Assembly (NCBI GenBank): GCA_963575745.1
Contig: CAUYUJ010000114.1
Span: 124,001-188,000, forward strand
Direction: 5' to 3'
DNA from: Prorocentrum cordatum
Lineage: Eukaryota
DNA length: 64,000 nucleotides
Shown here: positions 12,651 through 32,000 of the stretch, one piece after another
Position numbering within the stretch: the stretch's first letter is position 1
How the letters are laid out: every line of letters begins with the position of its first letter
Made by a program: the position numbers and the translations under genes
Notes under the pieces: model-generated
Seen by the model: the letters and a program-made list of their open reading frames with translations, nothing else
The model's database searches: none
What the model was told of the DNA's origin: nothing

Positions 12651-13200
12651 GATCAGAAGAAAGAGACAGAGGAAGAGGAGAAGGGAAAAGGGAAGACGGA
12701 AGAGGAGAACGAGGCGGAGGAGAGCCGTCACATGTGACACCTTACGTCTTAACTTCTCGGCGAACGCGCATGGACCTGACGTTGGCTGTCTTGAAGCTGT
12801 CTCAGGCCCCTGTGGAGCTTTGGGGTTCCTCGGGTGCCCTCTCTGGCCTTTTCGGGGTTCTTGGCTCTCTTGGGGCCCTCGCGGCCGTCTGGGGGATCTC
12901 TCGGGGTCGTCGCGAGGCCGCGTTGCGCCGTCCACAGATCGCCCTAAGCCGCATCGGGTTCCGGTGGCCCTCTTGGGTCAGTTGAGAGCCCGAATTGGTC
13001 CCTCCAGACCCGTGTTGATGCCGTCGTGGAGGCCTCAGGAGCCATTTCGAAGCCTTCTTGGGCTGTCGCGGGGCCGTCTGGGAGACCTCTCTGGGCAATC
13101 TCGAGGCGACGGGAGCCCGATAAGGCGGGAACGCCAACAACCTTCAAAAGTGAAGGCTGGCAGAGACAATGGCCTCTGCTACCATTGCCTGTGCCACTGG

Positions 13201-18056
<4,856 letters not shown>

Positions 18057-18123
18057 TTGAGAAGTTCGTTAGCCGTAGGAACTGGACATGCCGCAATCCC
18101 AACATAAAACACTTTTCAAACAC
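18057..18123 (+). repeat. Left terminal inverted repeat
   Basis: First 14 bp are identical to the right TIR; similarity continues through GTAGGAAC to ACACTTTTCAAACAC. Confidence 0.85.
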
Positions 18124-19034
18124 CTTTCAAACAGTTACGACGCACATAGAAAAATCAAATCGCCTTCAAAAAATCGATTCTCCGATCGCTGCCACAGCGC
18201 GCCTGTCGCGCTGAAATCACACAAGAGATCGCGCGACGAGGCCGCGGCCCCGCAAACCGCGCAGCACTCATCGGGCGAGGTCCCAGCACAGACCCCTCAA
18301 CGCGCGAACGGCCATGGGGGCAAGCGCCGAACCAGAGCGCGCTGACGCGAGGTGGCCCTGCTGGCTTCGGGGGCCCAAGCTGCCTCTGGAAAGCCCCCGC
18401 CATCGAACGCGCAGATCGCGCGGGTGAGCCCTGGCTGCCTCTTGGGTGCGAGCCCGCCCTGCACTGAAACCCAGGGTTCGCCAAGTGATAAACCGCCGTC
18501 GGTTCCATCCGCGCACGCGCTGGCACCCAGCAAAACACGCCGCCATTGCGCAATTCACCCGACGCCGCCGCGCAGAAGGCATCGGGCAGCCGATGGGTCA
18601 CGACGGCCCGAACGGCCCCTCCGCGCGCGGGGGGCGGGCGTTGAGACCGATGCCGAGGACGCGCACCATGCGCGATATGTTGCGCAGACCCTCTCGGGTC
18701 CCACTGCGGGCCCACAGCGGCGCCCCGCGTTGACGGGCGCGGGGCGCCAACGAGGCCCGAACCCCCACTGGAAAGAAAGCGCCGGGCGCACCTTCGCGAC
18801 GGCGCGGATATGATTAGGCCCTCGCGCCACTGAACAGCCACGAAAACAAACATTCGCCCCGCCAGCGTCGCGAGCCCTCGGCGCGTTCGGCGGGGCGGGG
18901 CAGCGTAGTCGGGCAACCCCCAGATGGGCCCTGGGGGGTCGCAATGCAACTGCCCGATGTTTGGCGGGCGGTGCTGGTGTAGATGGGCGGTTCCACGCGG
19001 GCCGATCCGATGCTTCAGATGGGGGCGCATTGCG

Positions 19035-19084
19035 CTTGAGCCATTGGCGCCAGGCCACGCGCAGTGAGCCAAAATGGCGACGGA
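19035..19084 (-). other. Tandem relict dinoflagellate spliced leaders
   Basis: Minus strand TCCGTCGCCATTTTGGCTCA (19084-19065) matches the leader at 19/20. A second partial copy, TGGCTCAAG, ends 4 nt before an ATG at 19030. Confidence 0.75.
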
Positions 19085-20249
19085 GGAGGGGGGGGGAGAC
19101 AAAGGGGGCAAGCGGGAGACAAGATGGCGCGGCGATGGCGGAGACGGGCGACGGGGGATTGAGAAGCTGGACGGGGCGCGGGGAAGTACGAGGCCTACAT
19201 GGTGGAGGCTTGGAGTTGGGGGAGGGGGCGCGGTGGGGTCCTCCTGGCGCAGCCCTCCTCCCCCGCCCCCGCGGCTCCGCGGGAGTCCGCGAAACCCAGC
19301 GAGGCCCCAAGTGGGCGCCCAGCGCCGCCAACGCGGCCCCGCGCCCGACCACGCGGCTACCTGCAGCCTCCACGACGGCCCACTGCGACAGCGATGGCGG
19401 CCGCGACGGGCCCGCGGCGGCCTTGCGAAAACGCAGGGACGGCCCAACGGGGCTCTCGCGTGCGACCCAAGGCGCCCCCGAAACGATTACACTATCAAAA
19501 CACATCTAAGCGGCCATGCATAAACTACATAATCGGCCCGCGGTCTTAGGCGCATCCAAGACGGCCCAAGATGCATCCAAGATCGCCCCTGGATTGCTTA
19601 GGGGGGCACCCGCGAGACCCACGTTCAGACCCGAACCCTAAACACCCTGAGAAGCCCCAAGAACCCCCTGCGCGGCCCAGCCGAGGCCCCGCGAGCCCCT
19701 CGAGCAGCCACCAAAGGCCATCAGAGGCACCCCGAGCCGCACGTAACTAAACGCTCAAGAGGCCACCGCATGCCTCCAAGAAGACTTCAGGGAGCACCCA
19801 AAACATAGGAAACCACATGCGAAATGACGCCCCAGGAATCCTCCGGTAGCCAAGAAGCCCTCTGAAGGCCCACCCGCCCCCGCCTGGACACGCTCAGCAA
19901 ACGGCGTCGACATATCCAGCCCCTTATGTTTCTGCGTCGGTCCTAGACCACTAGATTGTATATTCATGTGTCCGACGCTTGTTTAACTTATGTGCCCTCC
20001 TCATCCCCCCCCCCCCCCCCTCCTCCTCACCCCATCCCTCCCCTGCCCTCCCCTTGCGCGCCCCTCGCCAGACATGCCTGTGGCAGGGCCTGGTGGGCCA
20101 ACGGGGCGGCGACACCAATGCTATATGGCGCAGGCGAGTGCGACGAGGATGGCGACAACGGTTCTCGCCCAGACCAAGGGCGCCGCAAGTTGCGACGCGG
20201 CGGCCACGAGTGCCCTCGCACTCAGGTCCACCGAGCGGCCCGACGAGCT

Positions 20250-22067
20250 TCACAGCAGCAGGTCGATGCCTTTGTCCACGAGCGCCCTCAGCCGACTGTC
20301 CACGCGATCCCAGCACTTCGCTTTCTGGATGGCCTTCTTCTCGCTGGCGAGAGACATCTTCAACATCGTGTCTTTCCCCTTGTACTTGATGATGGGCGCC
20401 ATGAGCACCCCCTCGCTGTGGCTGAGCTGCATGTCATCGCAGATGTTCTTGTGCTCCTGCTCGAGCACCTCGTTTGCCTGCATGCCGTAATGCTCCCGCA
20501 CCTGGTTCGCGGACTCCAGCTTTGCCTCCAGGACAGATCGAGCATCTTTTTAGGCGTCAACTCTGAGAACCAAGAGCGCGTTCGTCACAGCCTCAGTGAC
20601 CGCCTCGAGCGTGCCGTCGGTCAAGCAGTCCGACCACTTCTCGTGGCTGGGGCCCTGCAGCACACCGCGCCTGACGGCGCGGATGCACTCCGATTGCGAC
20701 TCGTGCTTATTGCACGGGCTGCCCACGAAGACCTTGATATCATCCATGGCGGACTCATGCAACCATGGAGCGTTCTCCTCGACGAAGGTCTTGGCCTCTG
20801 ACGTGATCTTGTCGGCGTCCGCGGGCAGCGTGACGACCTGCGCTATCAGCGCCTTCACCCCGGCCACTTTCTCACCAGAGCAAGCGAGGGCACGGAGGAG
20901 CTCGGTGCCGTGATCGCCCCTCAGCCTAAGTGCCGCGGTCGGGCCCCTGGCGATCAGCACCGCCATGCCCTCAGACACCCGCGCCACCTCGTCGATCCAA
21001 GTGGAGACGCTGCGCCACGACGAGTACAAGAGCGCGTCTTTCGGCAAGAACTCCAAAAGCTTGCCGACCACCGAGCAGAGGCAAGCATCCTTGGACTTGT
21101 TGTCTGGGCCCTCTACCGCGAACGTCAGGGAGGACACGATCTCGCGATTGACGCGGCTGACCTGGTTGGCCAATTCCTCCTGGTAGAGGTCGGGCGCGTC
21201 GGAGGAGGTGAGAACGGCGAGCACTTGCTGCACTAACCCGTCCCTCATCGGATATTCGACAATCTGCTGGCCCTGCACACTGGACATGAAGGGCTTCAAG
21301 ACCTCGCGGGACATGGCCGCGCCAACGCGCGAGGCGAGCTCGGTCGCGGCCTCGGCGGCGGCATCCCAAGGCGGCCTCGCCTTCAGGCCAGTGGTCTTCA
21401 AGACCTCGTAGAAACTCTTGTAACTATCGAGGACGTTGGCCATGCGCTGGAGGGCCTGGGCGTTCTGGAAGTTGTACTCGACGTGGTCGCCCTTCCGCAT
21501 CTCGGACATGAGCTTCGCCCCATCATCTGCCATCGTGCATATCATATTCTCCCAGTCCGTCACTGTGCCTACCTGGTCTATTACATGGGGGCCCGCCTTC
21601 GCGGGGAAGTAAGGGAATTGTTTCGGTGGTGCTCCCAGGCGGCCCCAGCTTGCCCTCTCCCTCACCCGTCCGCTCCGACTATCATGCCAGCGCCTTGCAT
21701 TGCGCTTCCCCGTCGTCGAATCTGGCCTGAGCCAGAAACGAATCGCGCAAGACAATGCGCCTGACTGGCCATGGCTCCTCCTAGCTCCTCCTACCATTTA
21801 CTACCCCATCCTACCTCACCCTCCCCTCTTCTTACTTCCCTCATATGTCTTTCTACCGCTCCCACCTCCTCCAACCTCCTCCAATCGCACCCTACCTGGT
21901 AGGGTGAGGTGGGGGGACGTCGGGCGAGGCGAACGTGCGGTGTGTGTGTGTGCGTGTGTGTGCGTGTGCGTGTGCGTGTGCGTGTGCGTGTGCGTGTGCG
22001 TGTGCGTGTGCGTGTGCGTGTGCGTGTGCGTGTGCGTGCGTGTGCGTGTGCGTGTGCGTGTGCGTAG

Positions 22068-22131
<64 letters not shown>

Positions 22132-25100
22132 TGTGCGTGAGTGCGCGCGCGCGCGGGGGTGGGGGCGGGGCGGGGTGGGGGGGGGGGGTGGGGGGGGGGG
22201 GGGGGGGGGGGGGGGCGCGATGAGGAAGTAATCGGGTGGCAGAGGCAGGAAGAGGCAGGGCGAGGTAGGGGGTAGGCCCTTAGGCGGGCGAGGGGTAACC
22301 AGAAGGAGGTAGAAGGATGCAGTGGGAGGCGAGAGGAGGCAGGGGGATGCAGGGGGAGGGTGGGCAGAGTAGGGGAAGGTAGGAGAAGGTAGGAGGAGGT
22401 GTGAACAGATCCTATCCCTGCCTGCCCCCCTCCACTTCCGCCTGCCCCCAGCAGCTCGCCCGACACTTGCGTCCCCCGATCCCCGTGTCCAGATGGTCCG
22501 TGCGAGAGCGGCTGCATCATGCTGGGTGCGATGTGGATTACCCTGAGGGCACTCGGAACCAACAATGCCCCTACTACCCCCCATCGGTTGGTACCCCAGG
22601 GAATCACCACGGATCCGGAGCGAGAATTCTGCTTGATGGTGCTGAACTCGTTCATGGCCCTGGTCTGGGCAACGATCTTGGTGTTCAGGGTGGTGGCCGA
22701 CCTGACTCCGTCGACGGCGCTAGTCATCTTCGCCGCGGCATTCACGCGCGTTGCCCTGGTCATGCGGAAGGGCACAATCATCGTCTTGAAGTACGGGACG
22801 TCCTTCAACAAAGCCCAGGTGTTGTAGGCGACGCCCTGCCACTGCGACCCACTCACATCTCGGGCTGGGACCTGCGAGATTGCGCCCAACGCCTTCGCCA
22901 GCACAGCATCCCGCGGCGAGACAAGGGCCCGAATCGCACGCGACGGCTTCACCACTTCAGCGATGCTGCTCGATACCCCATCGTCGATGTCGGTGGGCTG
23001 CGCAAGCATCATCTTCTCTGCCCTCCCGAGAAGACCCATCATCTTCGCCTGGCAATTGACGTCGATGGCGCGCACGATCGGCGCGATGAAGTACTGCACG
23101 CACCACCGCTCAACCTGCGCGCCGCACTGATCTAGCACAATGGGGATCTTGCACGCCAGGGGGCTCAGCGGATCGAATGTCGAGACCTCGGCGGCCCCCC
23201 TCAAGCCGTCGTCGGAACCCTGAGCAAGACACGAAACGCACAACAGAACACACATGCGCCTACCTGGCCCTGGCTCATCCTAGCTGTCCCGGCTCCTACA
23301 TCCTGCCACCTCATCTTACCTCACCCTCCCTCGCCTTCCATCCTCCTGTGTATTTCTACCGCTCCCACCTCCTCCAAACTACTCCAGACTCGCCCTACCT
23401 GCCCCCGCCTCATCCTGCCACCTCTTACCTCCTCCGACCTTCCCGTGCTCGACCAACCCTCCTCCGACATCCCCCATGCAGTACCCCGTCTGCCCCTTGC
23501 CTTCTCCGAGCCCCCTCTGCTTTACCATATCGTACCTCGCCCCATCCTGTCATATCCTACCTCATTCCACGTCCACATACCCCACCATACCTTCTCATGC
23601 ATCCTTTCGGCTCGCCCGACGTCTTCCGACCTCTTCCAACCTCCCCCCCCCTTTCCTACCCCCCTCCACTTTCCCCTACCTCATTGTACCTCCCCCCACC
23701 TACCTCTCCCCAACGCCTCCAAGCTCTGCATCCGTCCTCCGACCTCCTCCTGCACCCAGCCTACCTCCTACTACACCTGCAGACCTCCCCATGGCTCCTG
23801 GCTCCTCCAACTTCACCCTGCACCCTCCGATGTCCTCATACCTACTCGAGCCTGCCCTCGCCTACCTAGCATTTCCTCAATATACCCGTCCCCGACGTTA
23901 CCCCGCACCATCCTGACCCTCGCCCTGTCCATGTGAGACTGCCCGCGGGCCTCGTCGTCAACCAGCGACGTGTCCCACGGGAGGGCGGCGCGGAAGAACT
24001 CCTCGACGGAGCCGTTCTGGGTCACGATCTTCTCGCCGAGCTCCCGCAGCTCCCTCAGCGCCAAATTTATGGCCAGGGGCACGGGCAAGTTCGCGTCGGC
24101 AGTCACCAGGTCCTGGAGCTTCCTCGCGAGGTCGGCCTTCCCCCAAGCCATGATGTTCTCAAACTTCGAGCAGTCCTCCGCGACCTCGGCCAGCTCGAGC
24201 CGCTTCGTGAAGCGCCGGGCCTCCTCCCGCTTGGACGGGTCGTCATGCGCGGCCATATCATCGCGAAGCTTCTCCATCCTCTGGCGCCTGTGCCCGAAGC
24301 GCTTGGCACCGCTGGCAATCACGGTGAGGCTGGCGCCGTCGATTCTCGCAGTGACGGGGTCTGCAGCCTCGTGTGTACCAGCATCCGATGCGTCGTCCTG
24401 CGCGACGGCATCTCCCTGCGCGGATCGACCCTCCACAGGAGCAGCAATCGCCACCCATATGGCGATGGCCCGTAAGCCCGAGGACCATATATAAATATAG
24501 ATGCGCATGGTATTTGGATTCTTCCCCCGTAGAAGCTGGGCAAGCGCCGCGAGGGAAGAAGCGCGGGGGTAATGTGGAGGGGATAAGAGAGAGGTGGAAT
24601 GACGGAGGAATGCCAAGGTAAGTAACGGATAAGTGGAGGAAGGCCGTCGGGGAAGGACACCGCTCAAGACGAGGGCAACGCCCTACATATGAGCGGTGTG
24701 GTAATTGACGCTCCGCGGAGCGAACCTCCATGCTTCGCACGGTGTGGATCGCCACGCTGTTGACCGCGAGCTGGTTCCGCGAGCCCTTGAACGCGGGCGA
24801 CGCCGCCACGGACCCCTCGGCATCCTCGGCCGCGTCGGCGCCCCCCTCGAAGCTGGCGGCGTCGGCGCCTTCCGCGGCGGCCCCGTCAGCATCCTCCGCG
24901 GGCGGTCCGTCGTCGGGAGGAATGCCAGCCTCGATGTAGGCGATGATGTCCTCGTAGGTGTCGGTGCAAAGGCGCGGCTTCTTAGCCTCCTCGTGCTCCA
25001 ACCCAGAGGGCCGCAGCAGCTCCTCGTAGTATTCGCGGGCCTGGCTCTCGCGCCGCCGGTTTGCATGATGCAACTTGAACTCCGTATCGCAGGACTCGGC

Positions 25101-25856
25101 GTCGCTGGACAACTCGTGCGCGATGCCGATGCTGGGGTCGATATTGGGGGGGGCCCTGATTAGCGCGCCCTTGATCTTCTCGCCAGAGTGGGGGTCGACC
25201 AGGCCCTGCAACTTGCGACCCGCACCGCTGGGCGGCTTGTTGAATACCTTCTCGAACTCGAATGGGCGGAGGCCTCTGTACCGCACGATCGCTCTCACGA
25301 AGCTCTTGGTTGAGCGGGTCACGCTGGCTGGGTAAAAGGGCTGGATGTTCTTCTTCCTCCAGCGCATCGTGTCGGTGAACTCGGCGTCGAAAATTTGACA
25401 ATTGTCGCGCTGCTCGAGCACCTCCGAAGCGTTGCCGAAGTTCTCGTACCCAAACCAACAGTGATCCGTGCAATCTCCGCACGCAGGCCCCGCGGGTTTG
25501 GAGAGCCAGGTGCCGCCCCCGGCCTTCGTCTCCTCGTAAGCGCCCCACCTATCCACCTTATCGGGCGTGTCGCCGCAACTCTTGCGCATGCGCTTGACGG
25601 CGCCTGGCATCTTCAGGAAGGACCTCTTGGTAGCACGCATGGCGCTGGTGAGCTTCATGGGCTGGTCAGTATTCGTCTTCTTGATCGTCTTCTTGACGCC
25701 CTTGACCACCTCGTCGGCCCTCCCGTTCGCAGAGCCAGCCGTCGAGCCAGCCGCGCTGCGCGCGACCGAGAAGCCCGCGTCGGACGAAGCCCGCTGAAGC
25801 CGCCCAGCCTTAGGAGGCGGAGCGGACGAGTCGCCGCCAAGCCTCTCCGGGGCCAT
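20250..25856 (-). pseudogene. Four-exon cargo gene, ~1177-aa largely helical protein of unknown function, with one in-frame stop
   Basis: Exons 25856-24726, 24430-23951, 23219-22616 and 21568-20250 join in frame using GT, GC and GA donors and AG acceptors. GC3-rich codons; low-complexity introns. In-frame TAA at 20550-20552, after which the same frame continues for 100 codons. Confidence 0.65.
21940..22150. repeat. (GTGTGC)n/(GTGC)n microsatellite, intronic
   Basis: Directly visible. Confidence 0.95.
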
Positions 25857-27429
25857 GGCTCAAGAGCGCCCGCGGCTGGCGTCGGGGCACTCGCGCAGTG
25901 GGCCAACGCTGGTGACAACCTGCGCAAAAAAAACTCGAGCCGAGGCAAAAAAGCCGCGGCCAGAATATGGCGCAAGCACCGCCTTTGTGCGTGCACCACC
26001 TGCACATATCATGGCATATACACATATGGTATGCACACATAGGCCCTGCAAAAGCCCATTCGGCAAGGCCCGCTGCCAAGCCGATCCTCGCCGAACGTCT
26101 CTGGTACGAATACACATCTGGGTGAGTGCCAGACAAACAGACCAAGCGGCGGCATGTCATATCGAATAGCGCGCCTTGCCCATGCCCCGCAAGCACTCTG
26201 GGCGGAGGTGTTGTCACGGGCTCGCTCAGCTAAGCCCCCCATCATCCCCTCGGGGAGGGCCCCTTCCATCACCTGCACCTCGCCCCCTGGGTCAGGAGAC
26301 CGCGCCCCGAGAGTGGCCAGGGCGTCCAAGATGTTCAGGGATGGCTACGGGGCACCAGGCGGCTTCAGATATGCCAACACGGCTTCCAGGAACGCTCAAG
26401 ATAGGTTAAGATTGCCCAACGCGGCTCCCAATATGCCCCCAAGAGACCCCGAAACAGTGCCAAGGCGGCTTCGCATGCCCCCGAAAACCTAGAAGGACAC
26501 CCCCGAAGAAGCCAGAACCGTTGAGAACATGAGAGCTCTCATATGTGTGTTGGTTGTCTGCTCGCATTTTCGCTTCCGATTGAATGGCGAGGCCTCAAGA
26601 TGACGCAAGGGTGGGTCCCAAATAACCAGAGACGGGCCGTGCACATCGGCACCGAGAGAGCCCACGAGCGCCCCAGCGGCGCCGCACGGTGGCCCCGAGA
26701 CGCTGTGTTTTCAAGCCTCGACGAGGGTGCGATACTTTAGCACCCCCCGCTCTCATTGATCGACTGCCTCCAAGATGGCCCCAAGGGCGCCCCCCTAAGC
26801 CTCCTAGATGGCGAGCCCCAGGGTCTCCCCAGAAAACCAAACGAGAGCCTCAGGAGAACCCAATAAGCTCCCAGCATGGCACCGAAAAGGCACCACGATG
26901 GCCCCAAGCAGCATCGAGTACGCTCCCTGAGCGAAAGATGTTCAAAGACCTGGAGGGCTGACTCCTGCCGCCGTCGCCCTGTTATTCTTGTTAATCGTCG
27001 CGATCGCGCTCTCATTCGCCTTGCTCGCCGCCGTTCCATTCCACCCCCGTCATCTTACTCCTCCTGCTCCCCCCTATCACCCCTCCTCCTCCTCCTCCTC
27101 GGCCGCACCACCAGCATCATCCATCCTTTCCTGCTCGCGCATCTCCTCCGCCTCCTCACCCGAACAATCACTTTTACAAGGGCAGCGGCTGCCCCGCTCC
27201 CCCGTCAGCGATGCATTCGGCGTTGCCGCGCGTCCCCTGATGAAAGCACAGCGCCTGAGCATTCTATCTGGATTGGTTGGAGTGGGTGCGCGCAGCGCCG
27301 AGGATCTCTCCCCCTCCGATCTTAAACACCAGCGGGGCGGAAATAACAAAACGCAAAGCTCTACTTGGGAAATCGGTTTCGGCCTGACCTGCCCCGAACC
27401 CCCAGCCCCCTCATCGCCCGGGGGGTGGT

Positions 27430-28400
27430 CCTAGATACGCGCCCGAACTGGACAGCCCAGGACGCCTCGTCTTGCTTCAGGGCGGAGCTCGCTCGCTGCT
27501 TCAATCCAAGACTCTCGAAAGCTGAGGGGCGCAAAATGCGTCGAGGGGCAATCGCACGCATGACAGGCACGCAAAACGCGCCAAGCGCATGCACATGGGG
27601 GTTAGCCCCTGAAAAACTTGATGAGGAGCCGAACTGCAAACTGCATCTGGCGGCACCTGGTCGCATGCGCAACGACGTAGCCGGGCCGCATCGGCATGGA
27701 GACGCCGTCGGCGTCATGCACTGTGGCTCCATCAGCACGGACGAGCCCCATCGGCATAGACGATCCATCAGTCATGGCATCTAGGATACTGCCTTGGTCG
27801 GCTGCGTCGGCATCCGCATCGGCATAGAAGAGCTGCATCAATCGCTGTCGCCCCCCATCGCAGTAACTGCACCCTCCGACTCCATCTTGAGGGCCACGGT
27901 GTATATAGGAGGGCCCGCCCGTGGGCCGCCCGAGCTGCAAGGAGGGACTGCTGCAGCAAACTGGGGCGCCGTGGCTACGAAGTAGTTCCTCATCAAGCTT
28001 GGCGTGTAGTCTGTGGACTCGTACCGGTGCTTAGAGATGGCCATCGTCTTCTGCTTCGACACGGCGACCTGGACACGCTCAATGCCGCCGCCCACCTCGA
28101 CGTCCGCTGGGCCGCCACGATCTCCGTCGCCACCCGCTGCGCCGCCACCCGCTGCGGAACCATCCACGCTGCCAGCCGCGTTGGTGGGAGCCGCGTCGGG
28201 GGCCGCGTTGCCCTCATCTTCAATGTTGATCACAGTGGGCAGCACGGGCACGGCTGGAGAGACGGCGCTGCCGTGGTCGAGGGTTGCTGGAACTGCCTCC
28301 TCCATCCGCAGCGCGGGGGGCGCGCGACGCCTCTCAGAATCGCTCCTGCGTCGCGGCGGCCCGAAGCCACTGTTGCCTGTCTCAGGTGGTAGAACCTTGA
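27430..28400 (-). pseudogene. Frameshifted coding remnant of unknown function
   Basis: The protein-like ORF 27838-28407 appears to continue in another frame (LMQLFYADAD...SILDAMTDG). Its 5' end abuts the putative nested element. Confidence 0.35.
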
Positions 28401-29003
28401 GTTGCAACCTAAGCCTGCCCCTAGGTATTTCAGAATGGTTCCGAGTTTCCCCTGTTTGGTTTCAGACTGGTTTCAGACAGTCCTTTCTTTCAGCACTGAA
28501 TAGCATGCTGGGTATACTACTAGTAGTGAGGTTAATCTACAGAACACTTAGCTGTGTCTGTTGTATGCTAACATTGAGGTTGTAGTATGTTAGTAGTCAG
28601 TACACAGAACTGTTAATATACAGAACGTTAATATTGAGGTTGATTGGGGTTAGTATGTTGTAGTCTGTGTCACGTGGTAGCTCTCGTCGGGTACCCCGCT
28701 CTTGCATGAACATGAATGCGATTCCCCCCCGCATATCCGAGCGCGACACGCTACTCCATAAAAAGTGCACGCCCCCAATTAGATAACGAGCATGAATTAC
28801 AATAGGGGGATTTGGTAGAAGCTTCCGACTCGGGAAACTCATAGGAGGGAGGGCGGAGCATAAAACTGGAAAAGGGAGGAGCATGGGGAAAGAGTTGGAT
28901 AGGGGAAAGATCCGACAGCGGAGGATTAGGCGGAGGGTAACTAGTGTTTTTTAGCTTCAATCGGTTACGATTTCTTTGCGTCGTCACGTTTTGCACCACT
29001 CTG

Positions 29004-29025
29004 TCCGCAACCGTCCTGGCTCAAA
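29004..29025 (+). other. Relict spliced leader upstream of the inner transposase
   Basis: TCCGCAACCGTCCTGGCTCAAA matches the leader at 16/22, all mismatches being transitions; 65 nt before the ATG at 29091. Confidence 0.55.
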
Positions 29026-29090
29026 CAATTTACATGTCGGCTCATGCCGCGTCTTGACTGGAGCCACGGTGCGCCACACATTGATTGTGT

Positions 29091-32000
29091 ATGGATGGTA
29101 TCGCTGGCTCTGGTTCCGAAAGTAATGAAGTTCTGATTGATGGTGGTGACGTGTCTGACGATCCACAGGCAGCAGTCGTGCCGCGCAGGATGCGCGCGGA
29201 AGTTCCTGGACGGCGGCGGGCAATCTTCCTTCTCGTTGTGTGTAATGCCGCCCTGTTCCCGAACTGGTGCCCACCAGATTTTCGCGGAGAGCCTGTGGAA
29301 GCGATTGGTTCCGTCTTCCTCAGTGGCGCCGTGCTCGCAGAGTGGACGCTGACATCGGATGCGGAAAATGATGAGATGATTTACATGGACAGTATAGCTC
29401 GCAAAATGGTCTCTGCGCGGGAGGTTTACGGCAATGTCTTTTACTTAGCTGTGGAGACTCTGGAGTTATTGCATCGCCTTGAGGTGGATGACCCCCGCAA
29501 CCTCAATCCGATGCAGCTTATCGCACAGGCTGGGGACGCGCTCGCTGACAGAAGCCTTGGGGGACAATGCTCATTCGGGAACTGCATCACAGAGTGGCTG
29601 AGAGACGTGAGGCATCGCATCTTTTCAATCCGAGTGTGTCCTCGATTGTGCGCTGCAACGCTTCAGAAGAGATGGCAAGTGTTTCACGCCGTGGCCGTGA
29701 CTAGAAAAATCAATAGAGATCGATTGTTCGGTGGTCCCTCGCCAGCTGAGCTCAGCAAGTTCAGAAGCGAAGTGGATGCACTCGCTAGGGTCCAACATTG
29801 TGGTGTTGTTCAACGGCGTGCTCATTTTATCACTGCTATCCCAGTTGCAATCATATTGGATTGGCTCTGGGCGTCACGGCACCTCAAAGATGCAGCCAAT
29901 ATCAATGACGCCAAGAGGGACTGGGTCAGGGTGTTCTCGTCGAGCGCGGACACTCGCGCAGCCATGCTGGAAGACTCGTCGGTCATGAATCGCGAGACGC
30001 TCAGGCGTGCTCGCGTTCGGCTGGATTGCGTTGCGATGCTACTCACCAGGGCCTTCTTCGCCAACATCCCCGCCGACCACACGAACTTGTACATTTTCTG
30101 TGATGGGAGCCCCCAGCATAGAGGCCTTGAGCTCTTCGCGTCGACGCTCGACGTGCACTTACCTGGACACCACCGTCGCATCTTGTTGCCCATGGTTTCT
30201 TTGGCGAAATGCTGCTTGGACACTCAAGGTATGGGGGGCTCGTGAAATTTGCATGGGGGTCTGTAGTTGGATGTTTGTCCGAGCGCCTTGGGACCCGATG
30301 ACAGCGACTGGGGCGGGGGAGGATGAGAGGTAGGCGGAATGGGGGGAACGCAGAGAGGAGGAGGGAGGCAATGGGAGGATGGGGGTCGACAGATGAGGAG
30401 AAGGATGAGAGGGATGATGAGGGCGGCGAGGGCGCGGGGGGGGGACCACGTCGAGGAACGAGAAAGGTGAGTGCGAATGACGAGGTGGATGAGGAGGGCG
30501 CATGCGATCGGGACAAGGCCGCCCCACCCCACCCCCCACTGAGACCCGAATGCAAATTTGGCGCCCCCATCTGCGAAGGGAAAGTTGCTGCTCTTGTCTG
30601 GCAATTATTCCTCGTTGTTGGCCTGGCTTTGCTCCGCCCACTGTGCAATCGAGTATTGTCGATCACCACTGACATGGGCACGGAGAGCATAATCCCAAAC
30701 ATTCACGATATGTTACCACAGCTGCTCCGATATTACGGATGCCCCCTACCAAGCTTGCCCGTGAGGACAGACAAATTGTTCCCCAGAGCGTTGCACATCC
30801 GAGGGTGGCGTCACACATGGGATTTAGTAATGCAGACTGCCCTCAATGGCTGCAGGTTCTGGCCAGGCTTCCTCGTGAAATTGAAAGCGATGGTGGCGTT
30901 CTTCCGCGACGTATCCAACGTGCAAGAACTTGTGCGGCACTTGCAGCGACGCGGCCGTGTGGGCGCTGCCCAGGTCCTCGGCAAGGTATCGCTGGCGCCG
31001 TTTGCAGAGTGGCGTTGGCACACCTTGCATCGCGAGCTGAAAGCATTGGGTAAAGTGTTGGGCACGCTACGTGATAACTTCGATGTGGCTTGGTTTGCGT
31101 TCGGTGACGCCGTCGGTGTACAGAGAGTTGCTGCGGCATTAGGCAGCGCAGAGTGGATGTGCCAATTCCACCGTATATCTGACTACACTGAGTGGATCGA
31201 TTATGCTATGGGTTGGATTGGGAAGTGTGTCTGCCACCCCGACGATTCGTGTGCATGTTGGTGGCGTGGACGTCGATTGAACTTAGCAGGGGATTTCTTA
31301 TCGGACACGCTGGCGGAGATGCTTACGTTGGTGAATTCATTTACGGCTGGTATGTTCCAAGGCGGTGTCTTTTTGTTTGGCGTAAGCATTACACCCCCGC
31401 TCGAGAGTTAGGGTTTCTTGAATGCATGTGCCCGCGTACTCCCCGCCCGTGTTGTGCAATGCCGAGGGCGCCCCGAATCACAATGCCGCAACTTAAGTGG
31501 ATGATGGCAGTTGGATCTGCGGCTAGCGGAAGCGTCAATTAAATAAGGGGGGGGTGTCGAAGGCGAGGCGAGGTGGGAGGTGGGAAGAGATCGGATGAGG
31601 GGGAGGGACATGGCGATGGGGAGGGATGATGAGGGCCAGTGGGAGGGGGGGACGATGGAGGATGAGGGACGAGGATGAGGATAATGCGTGCGTGGTAAGG
31701 GCACCTCTGCATTCCTCCACCCCCTGCCACACAGAAAGACATCTCACACTCACATAGGCGACGTGCACCTTTGGCAGCATGTATCTGGATTATGGCGCCT
31801 TACTGTTCACCTGGCTAAGCGAGCCTTCCACTACCTTGACACGCTGCCATGGCTACTGGCTCGATTGGACAAGCCTGGAGTGAAGGACACCTGCATTGCC
31901 CGATTTGGCCAAGTACGCCCTGACCAACATCATTATGTGACGCGTGAGTTCCTCGACGCAACGTTCCCGAACAACTTGAGGGCTGACGTCGACCACATAT

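Noticed and set aside
25852..25864. CCATGGCTCAAG leader-like match
   Set aside because: Short and on the strand opposite the gene; likely chance.
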